From: Dimorphilus gyrociliatus
Lineage: Eukaryota > Animalia > Annelida
DNA: 64,000 nt
Direction of reading: 5' to 3'
NCBI GenBank assembly: GCA_904063045.1
Contig: CAJFCJ010000021.1
Span: 248,001-312,000 of the forward strand
In this document: positions 28,101 through 39,700 of the stretch, in pieces
Layout: each line of letters opens with the position of its first letter
Numbering within the stretch: the stretch's first letter is position 1
Translations under genes and position numbers: made by a program
Notes under the pieces: generated by a model
Databases searched by the model: none
What the model was told of the DNA's origin: nothing
The model's input: only the letters and a program-made list of their open reading frames with translations

Positions 28101-28678
28101 TGAGCACCGATTGCCGCTCCATGTTTGATAAGATATTCAATCACTTTTGTCTTTCCACAGGCGGCAGCCAGATGTAACGCTGTTCTATCTAGCTAAGAAC
28201 GCAATGAAGAGAATAAATAAAAGTTACATTTACTCATATAATAAATGAAGAATTAAGTATAATTCATAATTATAATAATGTCAATCACTCTATAATAATC
28301 TAATAAAACTATAATATCGATCTCTATGAGCTGTAGTCTTATCAATGTAAACCTTTATATTTTCCTATTTATCTAGCTATTTACTCAAGGGCTGACAATA
28401 TTAAATACGATTAACGGTTCTAGGAAGAAATTATAATGAGATATAGATATAATTACGTTGTTTCGAGAATTGATATCGACGTCCTTTCCCAAAAGTTCCC
28501 TAATTTTTGGAATGTTTTCCGTTCTTGCCGCTTCATGAAGAACCAATTCACTCTTGAGCATCTGCGATTCCTGCAGGACAGTGACCATTCCAACATCCGC
28601 TTGGGCTTCATCCTCTTTTCGTCTATTATCTATCTGTTGAATAATACGTGGCTCAAAGTAAGGCTCCCTTTCAGTCAT
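25136..28678 (-). CDS. ANKDD1: Ankyrin repeat and death domain-containing protein (ANKDD1-like), ~552 aa
   Basis: Exons 28678-28457, 28192-27995, 27613-27212, 27104-27006, 26897-26799, 25858-25297, 25212-25136 (1659 nt). Serial ankyrin repeats (TALHLAA, TPLHIAS, TPLHCAV; two exons are exactly 99 nt, one repeat each) are followed by a death domain (DWKSLAHYW...YRLLLIWL...LFEALCAIGRRTLAE). A possible extra upstream coding exon lies at 28938-28906. Confidence 0.88.
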
Positions 28679-29184
28679 GGCGTCAAGCCAAGACTAAAAT
28701 CAGAAAGCAACAATGTGTATATAAATATACGTTATAACCTATTTATATATATAAATACGAATATTTATATGATTATAAACCGATAGATATTTAAAAAAAT
28801 GGCAATACATATCTATATATCTATTTTAATGTTAGTCAAGGCCTCGCCAGCTGATCTTTAACAATAGATAGGCCTTGAGATCAGTATTTAATAATGTTTG
28901 GTTACCTGTCTCATCTGCCATCCGTTATAGGATTGCATAGTTGATAATTATTCATAGTATACAGTGTAAAGTCGGTCGTATACAGTAGAAACGTCTGTAT
29001 TGCGGTTTTCTGGTTTCGGCCAATAAATGATATCTAGAGATAATCCTTTATCGATCAACCATTGATTTTTGTCTTATAGCGCCTGGTTGACATTGTCAAA
29101 ATGAGACGATCTCCATATAGACAGTTTTTCACTCTACTTATTGGTATCGACCGGGCGTCTAGTGCAAAATGACGTCGCTGACAC

Positions 29185-29202
29185 TAGGTGCCATCTGGTG
29201 GA
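29185..29202 (-). promoter_or_regulatory. CTCF-like motif (TCCACCAGATGGCACCTA) just upstream of ANKDD1
   Basis: Close match by eye to the CTCF core CCACCAG[G/A]TGGC[G/A]; binding is not shown. Confidence 0.5.
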
Positions 29203-32200
29203 TATATCAAACCATAAATCGCCTAAGCTCGCGCATGTAAAAAATTCAGGCAAATTCCCGCATTTATCGTTAAAAGGTTTTCTTATTCAATATAAACCCA
29301 ATAAATGTATTGGAAACAATTAACAATCGTTTAATTATCCCAATAAAGCATTATTGATAGAGTTAATCGTTTGCTTCTTTAGGATGAATGCCCTAACTCC
29401 AAAGAAAAAGAGAAGAATAGAGATATAAAATTGTTCTTACACACAATAAAGCCGTCAAAGGATTAAACTTTTAATCTTTCCCGCTAATTTGAACAAAAAT
29501 ATCGATTTATTCAAAATTACATATTCAAAATTTCCAGGTTACTTCTTATATAATCGATTCTCTGATTTCTCTCACTCTTTTCGACTCAATTTTTGTTTTT
29601 ACAAGAGTGACGCTTAATGCAGGCGTCATTTTATTATTATTATTATACTTTTTTTTATTTTTCTGCAAAGTACAGCTAAATGAGTTATATTACTAGTTCA
29701 ATAATTATTTATGGTAAATTTATTGATTATGTATTAATAATCTCGTTATCTCTATTAATTAAACATTAAAGAAAGAATGTAAACCAATGGTTCAGTGACG
29801 TCTCTAATATCTCCTAGGGAATTATACAACTTTTATTGCATGTGCAATAAGCGTTCTGGGCAAATAGATGTACTAATTACAAACACTAGCGTCTAATTAC
29901 TATTATATAATTAAATACTTCAGCAGTTATAAATTATTGTTAAGTAACCATTTAATTTAAATAACTTAACGAAGGATATGCTTAATAATGATTACGTAAT
30001 ATCGGTTTTTCTATTATGTCTTACACTTATCCCGATTTGCTACCAAGAATCTTGCAAACAATGAAAAAAAAGTGAAAAGCTTTTAACTGGTAGACGGTCG
30101 ATAATCGTTTGGGTCAACCTTTATTTGGCTACACTCGGAAATGAGCTTAACAAAACCCCGCCTGCCTACCTACCTATTGTGGTTTAGAAGAGGAATTAGA
30201 GAAAGGAAGAAAGGTAGCGAGGAGCAATAAGAGTAAAGGTTAAATGGTAGTGTGAGATTTATATAGTGAATATGTCCCTTTTAGTGTTTTTGATCTTAAT
30301 AAATTTTTAATTGCATACGTAATAGAAAGATAATTTCAATTATTATTTAATCCTTCTTAAGTCGATTGCGTAACATAAAATTGGATTGTATTCCGGATAT
30401 TTATGCTGTTACGGTAGCAGATTTGTTATATACTGGATGGGCGGCGAGATGAAGGCTTTTTTTTATGATCTGGTGGACTTGATGGAATTAAACTCGAAAA
30501 GAGGAAAAGGGACTAGAACGAATAGGTATAAGAAAGGGCAATCAATGAGAGTAAATGGATGATCAAAAATATAATACTAATAAGCAAGTGATAAAACATC
30601 AAAGGTAATCAATTACCATCAAGATGACATAAATCCTTTGAAGGAGACCGTCATCAAGTTACCTTGTTTGCTATTTTCTCACTTTGTTTCCGTCTTAATA
30701 TAAACATGGTAGTATACAACAGGGGAATTCGACGCTTTCGAATGATTTAATGACCTCAGTTACAATGTTTTTTTAAGTTGGTAGTTGAAATTAAAACCCC
30801 AAAACATCATTCGTCCCATTACCTATTAACCCCGTCATTCGATTCGCCCCTACTCAAAACGTTCTTAAGCTGCATGCAAACACGCTTTGGCAATGAACAT
30901 GTTCAACACGGCGTCGATTTATCGAATGTTCAGCTAATATCTATTTACCACAGATTATTGACGTCCACAGGTGACGCTCTCACACGTTTTTTGCTTATTT
31001 ACCACTCTAATTATACACGCAAACGCGTTTTGTTCTTACTCCCAGCCCCATAGACGTCTAACAAAGCGAAAAGGAGAGGCGTCTAAAAAGTGACGCCTCA
31101 TAAATAGTACCAACGTTTGGAATGTGTCACCGTCACCAAGGTTGCTCATTACGTTATGCAAAGAATTCTGTTTATTGCATTCTTCAATCATTTTGGCCGC
31201 CTTATTGTTTTGGTAATTAATTAATGATAGGAATAGGCTAAATTGTAAAAAGTACGACGTAATCTGATCTATTGCGTAATAACGTAATTAAAAAGCGAGC
31301 TATAGTGAAAACCATCGCAGATGTGTCAATCCCAACGCAATTTTAGTCCTATTGACCATTGGCCGATTAATTGATGCTATAAGACGAGTATTCGCAGGGG
31401 TTCTCTTCTTTGATCTCTTTTCACAAGTGTTTTATTTTTAAAAATTAACAGACGGAAGCTTTTAAATAGTTGTTTTTAATTAACTAACCAGAGTCTAATT
31501 TTAAAAAAAATTGTTAATTTCAATTGAGTTGAAGGAAAATTTGGCTGAGAGAATAAAATTAAAACAGGTGCTATTACATAAGCGGAAAGAGACGAAAAGT
31601 GACTTGAAGAAACGTGATCTCGAATTCTAACCATGGCTGTTTTGATAAGAGATTCATCTCTTCCTTTACCCCCCGCTGATTCAACTATGAAAATTCTGGC
31701 ACGCGGCAGCTGTCCGTTTATTATAATATGAAAACAATCTTAGCGTAAAATGTAAATTTCTTCATCCTCAAATACGAATAAAAGCATATACGCTCGGATA
31801 ATAATTGACAGAAAAACTGCCCTACTGTGTGAGACGACTAAATAAAAGAGCAAAGATTAAAGAGAGCTGATTGGTTCAACGAAAATTATATTATGAATAA
31901 TGCATTAGATCTCGGTGTCTTAAGGGGTTGCTACTTTACTTACTTCTTACAACCTCTCTTGATATGCAACCCAAACTTGCCCGTGTGTCTCCGTAGCGAA
32001 TCACCGTCAATTGAAAAGCAAACAATTAATTACTCGTGTAATCAATTCACTCTGTGGAAATTGTTAAATCGTCGCTTGCCATTCGACGGAGTAGAGACGG
32101 ATAATTATCTTTTAAAAAAAAGATACTAATCAGAGAGGAATTTCAAAAAAAGTGCTGAACGATACCGATAGTACCGGAGAGACAAGGAACAAGAAAATAA

Positions 32201-32281
32201 AAAGAAAGCAAGCTTAAGGATAAAGATAACTAAAAGATAAAATCGGGATACGCCAAAGACTTTAAAGCTTCTTAACTCGAG

Positions 32282-33628
32282 ATGAATTCAGCGAATATCG
32301 CCTATAATCTAGCTGCATTTCAGTCAGCTTTTTACGACAATTATTTGAAAAGCAGCGACAAATATACACAACCAAGGAACGCAGCTAAAAAATCATTTAC
32401 AATAGACGCTATATTAGGAAACGAAGAAGTAGAAAAGGAAGAGACGAAACCAAAAGATTTACATTTATCATTTTACGAGAGGAATCGTTACAAATACGAA
32501 GGTCAGTTGATAATTAAAATAGGTCGCTTGTTTCAAATTATATAATTAAATTGTTAACAAAACACTAAGATTAGATAAACATCAAACAAGTTCGCGGAAA
32601 GGCGATAATGCCGATCTTGTTTGTAGTACGATTAGCAACTTTCTAAAACATTTTTAACAGGAAAATAGAGAGAGAGAGAGAGAGAGAGAAGAAGCGGGTA
32701 GAGAGGGGAAGAGAGTATGACCACTTTAAAAAATATAATATATATAAATTATATAAATATATATATATATTAATATATTTATATTTATAGATATTTATAT
32801 TCGTAATTCAGTATAAATATTGTTGTTTAAGCATTGAACTGTTATATAAAAGAGCGGAAATCGGCTTGAATTGGGTCTTGTGTAAATTTATGTTGAATGG
32901 CGCTAATTTCTTATGTAAATAGAATTATAAATAATTATTAATAGCTAATATAATTGGTGAAAGGTATACGTATTAAAAAATACCAAATTAAGAGAGGACT
33001 ATAATAAACAGCTTAAAAATTAATTACTTGTGGCCGAAAAGCTAAATCTCTAACCGCTATCCAACGGTTCAATTGTTGAGAGAATTTACGCCGTTTTGAC
33101 CTCATTTAACAGATCAAACGGTAGAAAATTGCTCTCCCCACTTTTTTCAATTGAACAATCCCTTAATTAATTCCCACTTCGAACCACCAGGCGTTCAACA
33201 ACAGAGGAAAGAATGGAAGATCGGAAAGAATAAACGAATCCGAACGATTTTTACACCCGAACAATTGGAACGTCTTGAGGCAGAATTTGAACGGCAGCAA
33301 TATATGGTCGGTACAGAACGCTTTTATTTAGCGTCTTCTCTAAACTTGACCGAAGCTCAGGTGAAAGTAAGTACATTACTTTTACTTTTATTTTTTTATT
33401 TATTTAACACCCGTTTGATAGTGTAGTTAGCTATAGTACTTTAGTCTTTACGTACTTTCTATATCTCTTCTTTACAACTAACCGTCTATTTACTTGTCAA
33501 AAAAATAGGTTTGGTTCCAAAACCGACGGATAAAATGGCGCAAACAAAACCTGGAGAAACAGCATGCCAAACTCGAAAGATTCTATACAGATTATACCCA
33601 AAATCCAGAAGAAAATTCAGCTAATTGA
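32282..33628 (+). CDS. NOT: Notochord (Not)-class homeobox transcription factor, ~197 aa
   Basis: Exons 32282-32501, 33113-33366, 33509-33628 (594 nt). eh1 repressor motif [11 protein letters not shown]. Homeodomain [45 protein letters not shown]|[12 protein letters not shown]; QQYMVG and RIKWRK are typical of Not-class proteins. Confidence 0.9.
32666..32689. repeat. (AG)n microsatellite in Not intron 1
   Basis: About 12 AG units. Confidence 0.9.
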
Positions 33629-35587
33629 TAATTAAAAATTCAACTGAAAACAGACAATTTTCTTCTCTTCTCTCTCTCTCTCTCAAAAAAAAAGAACAAT
33701 GCATTTTTTTTCCCTCTCGTTCATTCTATCATTATTTCATTCATCTTTCTATCTATTTATACGATATCTACAGTATATATCTAGACATATATATCATTGT
33801 TTATATCATTCAGGCAAAAATAACAATAACACAAATTTACATATTCATTTACAAGCAACAGATGTATAAAATTAATAAAATTTTTATTTATTGCGTAATG
33901 TAGTTGGTGTTATTTTTCTTTAATTATTCTTATACAATTCACAAATTCATTCATGTATGCACAAATCTGTAAAACGTATACCACATTTAAAACACACACT
34001 GTATACATATATAGATATGCTGTATATATACTGTATATAGCTATAATACTCATAAAGAAGATAAATGTTCCCTCCCTCTCCCGCCTCACTTATTCTAACA
34101 CTTTTTATGTGCCACATTTATCTTATAGCCTTTTCGCTTCTCTCTCTCTCTATCTTTGCCGTAATAAAAAAAAGAAAGGAAAAAAAAAACTTGTGTATTT
34201 TACAAGAAAATGTGAAATATTTCTTTCTTCTTTATTCTTCTATTCCTTCTTCGTTTTTTTTGCCATCAATTTATTAACTTTTTTAATGGAAATAAAAGAA
34301 ATTTTTTTCAACTTTTTAATTAAAATCTTTATTTAAGTATATATTATAAACTGGTATATATATCTAATATATATATATACAGTATATACAGTATATATAT
34401 TGTTCTTTTATTCTTTTATTTCTACGAATCGTTTATTCGTGTTTTAAACATTTATGCATATTTGTAAAGTGATCAACACACTTTATAGCATTATTAATAT
34501 ATTACTATTGTTACTATTATTACTCTCTTCCTTCTATATTTTTTCGTTTAATAAAGGTGGTAACAGTATTTATTAAATTGAATTTATTACAAAAGGAGAG
34601 AGAAAAAAAAAACAAGGCTTATTTAATATTATAGATCTACGATGCGTGAGAGAGTAACGGCAATTGCGCTAATATCGACGCCAAATACACTAAAAAGATA
34701 AGAGATCAATGACCAATCGTAAATCGATAGTAATTCTCTATGATTTTCCTCTAAATGACTATTTACATACGCGTTTAATGATCGTTTGACAAATTATTTG
34801 AACATATATCACCTCAGGGAAGTTTTTCTCCTTTCAATCTTCAAATAGTAATTTTATTTATAGCCTTTATGAAGCATATGTGTACTGTATACACATCTAT
34901 ATGTATACATATACAGTATATATATATATATATAACTTTTAATATATAAAGATGTTCAAATAATTTTTTTTATTCAAGCGCCATCTATCGTGTATGTGGA
35001 GACCCATAGTTTACTATAACTTTTTTCAATACAGCGCCACCAATAAGCCAGCAGCAACGCACGTTTCTTTCATTATCAGTGTATTTATCTGGGCACTCGA
35101 AATACTGACTTATTTTCATTTGCTTTGCTATTCGATTAAATGACTCCAGATCCTTCAATTTGTATAGATTGGTATTTCCTTCTCTAATTTGTTCATCTAC
35201 ATTTTCAAGACTCATTTATAATCTTCGAACTTTCAAAGTTCAAATAGTATTAAAGACATGCCATTGTTATGATGTAACGAATGAATACGAATCTCTCTCT
35301 GAATAGGCCCGAACATATTCTTCACAAGAGAACATTGGCCTCTTTTACCATTATGCTGAATATAGGAGGAGAGAAACGAAACGAGTCAAAGAAAAAAAAT
35401 ATTATGGAATTAATTCGCGTTTGTTAGGCACAAATGATGGAATTAATAATTGATTAATTGAGTAAGTATATAATCCCATTTATTTGCTTTACTTCCTCTC
35501 GAGTGGTTTATGTATATGATTAGAACATTAAAAAAGACCTCAGTATAGATTTATACGTTTTAATATCCTTATTTATAGAAAACCCAA

Positions 35588-35611
35588 TATATATATATAT
35601 ATATATATATA
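35588..35611. repeat. (TA)n microsatellite
   Basis: About 12 TA units. Confidence 0.9.
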
Positions 35612-36731
35612 AAATTCTATCTATATAGTATTTACACATGTTATAGCATTTAAAGTGATAGAGAACACATCATTTTCTTCTGTCGTGCCAGAAAGCTCTT
35701 ACTTTTATTTGTATAGTAGAAAAATCTTATTGTTAAAACCTAAAAAAGCGTGCTACATTCGTGGAAATTAGATGCTTAACAACAGGTAACGATTCCCAGG
35801 ATACCTTACAAAATATTGGACCGCGATCTTCACAGTTAATACATATTTTAAGGAAACTAAAAGAACGAAAGAATTTATATTTAATGAATTATCAATTAAA
35901 GGAACTTAGAGAACATCTTAAGGGTTGGCCTATAGTCAACTTAAAACGCGATTCCTCATAATTTTCGATTAGACTTGAACGATTTGTCAGTATTGCGCGT
36001 CAGGCCTACTAATGAAAAAAAATAATAATCAATTGAAAACATTTTGCAAAAATTTTCCCCCACGTTTTAACGTTGAGTAGCCGTGTAAACAACAAACTGG
36101 TAATAGAAATTATAAATAAAAATGTAAAAGTAAAAATAAAATATTTAACCGACTTATATATTAATATTATAGATATATTTTCATTCTTTTCTACCTATTC
36201 TCTTATTCACGTGTAACAGAAGAAGGGGAGAGAATGAGAGAAAGGGGGCGAATGAAGCTATTTATTAAATCATATTAAAATCTACATGTACTGTAATTTG
36301 CTATTATTCTTTTCATTTTTAACATCTTTTATCTGATAACGAATTAATAAGGGAGAAAACAAAAGTGTTACAAAAACAGAATAGCAAAGTATATAATAAA
36401 AATTCTATTGGACAGCAGCAAACATTGAAAATTCACTGCATCAAAGTGACTAGATCCCGTTACAAATATTTTGTTTGAAGCGTCTACTGCTGGCCGTCGG
36501 CTTGTATGTGGCAGATGGCTACTGTTACTCATTAATATATATTTTTTTTTTTTAGTTAATAAAAAAAATTTAACTTTTCTATTTACTCTTTTTGTTCTTT
36601 TTCATTTGTAACATTGCTACTTTTGTTATTACCTATTATGTTCTTCTTTTTTTTGGTTCAGACGGATTAACTCGGACTAACAAGGCATTAAAGCTTCCAT
36701 TACGATTTACGAAATAGACATTTTTTTACAA

Positions 36732-39700
36732 ATGTTCAGAATAATCTTTGCTATTTCTTTACTTCTCTGCTGTTCGGCAAAAGTCTTAAAAATTTGTCAA
36801 TTAATCGACAAAAATGCAAAAGGCTTACCGACTCACTTGGGTTCATTAAGGGTCGCATTAGATGATGTTGAAAGGGAAATCAATAGGACTTTCACTTTTC
36901 AAATTGTCCACAAACTCTATGATTCTACTAGTTTAGACGCTGTGCGTAAGATGAAGATATGTAACGAAGAAGGAGTAGTTGCTTTTATTGGCTCTCTCGG
37001 AGTAAATTGGGGCCCTGAAGCGGTTTACGCCGGTGTTTTAAACTTGCCTATTATCAATTCGGACTTTCAATATAAGATGCAAAAGGAAGATGCTCTGAAT
37101 AGGCCTACTCTTGTTAATATGCGGCCCAGCTTGATCAAGCTTTCCTCATCGATATTTGCTATTGCTAAATCATTTGGCTGGAGATCATTTTCGATAGTTG
37201 TGGATAAAGGAGATGATTTTAGTACTGTTGTAGAAGAAATAAGAACTTTAAGTCGATTTATGGAGGTCTCGATTAACGAAGTTATTTATATCTCTGGGAT
37301 ATATAGTACCGAAAGTAAAAATTATACTTTCGAGAAGAGTAAACAGCTGCATAAGAGGTACAAGGACGTTGTCAAATCTTCCAGTGAAAAGACAAGAATT
37401 TGGGTCGTCTTTGGTTCATCAAACATCAAGAGGTTTCTAACAGCTTTGGATGAATCCGGGCTAAATTCCGATGGGGGATACGCCGTCATTGGAGTTGACA
37501 AAGAGCCTTATGATCCAAATAGCTATAGAATTAAAAAGCAAGCAAGACACATATATAAATCTGTTGTGTTGCTCCTTCACAGACATCCTTTATATACAAA
37601 GGAAGTTGATAGGTTTATATTGAAGAGTCAAAATATTAGTTCCGGGGAACCTTATAGTGTACGCACTTTTAAGTCGGAGAACATTGCCCTAATGCGAGCA
37701 ACTTTCAAAGTTGACGGATATCAATTGTACGATGGTGCAAAATTACTAGGTCGTGGATTGGTTCGTCAAGAAGAAATTACTAATTCAACGAATGGAACAG
37801 CTATAATAAAAAGATTGACCGGAAGTACTTTTACAAGTTAGTAGAATTTAAAATTATATAGTCACTCTACTCTAAATGAAAATGACAGTTTAAGCAAGAA
37901 TACAAATAGCTGGAAGGAAGAATGAATCTTATCGTACTTTTTTTATTTCATTATCTAGGCATTCAAGGCTATGAAATGTCTATAGACGAACTTGGTGAAG
38001 TTATGCCCAATTATACAGTTCTCGCCTTTACAAAAAAGAACAAGAATGTATTACAACAGGCAGGCTCTTTCTATTATAAAAGGGGAAATGTTAGCGACGT
38101 GGTAGGGATTAACAACTTCTTTTAACTCTGTTCAAGTCAATTGAAATTGAACGTATTTTTCTTAAATCTTTTACCGTTTTTCTTTAGGAATTTTCAATAG
38201 AAAATCAAATAGTATGGGCTGGCGGTAGAGTTCCAATATCCGATCCAAAGTGTGGATTTAAAGGTGAAAAATGTCAATTCGAAACCAGTAAGTATTAAGT
38301 AGAAAAAGAATTTTTGTTTTTTAATTATTCAAAATCAATATTACATACGTATTTTGAAAAAATATGAGCAACACTCGTTAAAAGACCGTCTGTCCTAATG
38401 ATAGTTAAATTCAATAATATTTTTTTAAAAATCAACACACCGTGGTAAACAATTTAGAAGGAGAGAGAGAGAGAGAGAAGCAGTGGTATTAAAAATATAA
38501 AAGACCCGTATCTTTTCTTCTCTCTTCACTTAATAGACTTGAACGTTTACATACGATATGTACAGTATATATACTGCATACAGTATTTCTGTACTACCAC
38601 ATACTATCATCCTTCTCTTCTTAATATACCTCTTTATTTGATAAAAAATCTGTCAAGTTTTTCCAATAATTTTATTTTATAAATATTTTAATTAAAGGTA
38701 TTTATATTCGCATAAAAACGGTTTTTTTTGACAGAGTTTACAAACAATCAGGTAATATATAAGAAGTTCATCTCTGTAACAGATGTAGATAATTTATTTT
38801 TCCATCAGTAATAAAAATAGTATCCATTACTATATTAGTAAACTATATAGGAAAATAAGAACCTAATAACTATTCCAATTTTTCTTTACATATACAATAT
38901 ATTCAGAGAATTTAACTGTATATATATATTTTCATCCTATACTATATAAAACAATACTTAATAGACAAAAGCCCTAGTTTTAATAATTTAATATAAATGA
39001 TTGTTCAAGTTGACTTTGCAAGACATATAGAGAAATAGAGACTTTTATCAATGAATTTTATTTTATCTATTGATTGATCATCTATTAAAGCATTTTTACA
39101 ACCAATAAATATTACCTATATTTTTACTAAATGTATCTAAATAAGAATGGATGGACAGCATCTGTTTAATGTATATAGTATATTTTATGCTATTAAATAT
39201 AATATATCCTAAATAGCTTGCGTCATTACACTATATTTTCTTTTTGGTCTTTAAAATTGACAATTACTTTATAGTAATTAGTAATGAAACATTATTTTGG
39301 CGCTTTTATGATGGAAGAAAAAAAATATTTTTTTGGTTTTGATTGTTTTTTTAAAAAAAAAATTACAAACAAACAAACCCTAATGGCTTATGTAAACTGC
39401 TATAAAAAAGTCTAAAAAATCAAATCAACAATTAATGTGGAAAACAGAGCGGAAAACACTCAGACAAATAGTTAGATGAAAGCTACTGTAGTAAAAACTA
39501 TTTCGCCTTCCTCTTAACATAAAAAATGGACTTTATATTGTTTTTTTTTCAAGGTTATCATTAATTTAAACTAAAAAGAACACTTATCAGAATGTAATAA
39601 TAGATTTATTTAGCTATTAAATCTTTCTTATAGACAGTAGATAATGTAAAAGACAATGAAATTTCCTTTTTAAACTTTTACACTCATTCTTTATCTCCGT

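Noticed and set aside
35761-35961. 66-codon GTG-start ORF upstream of the cyclase
   Set aside because: No recognisable family, no clear exon boundaries; length is within chance range.
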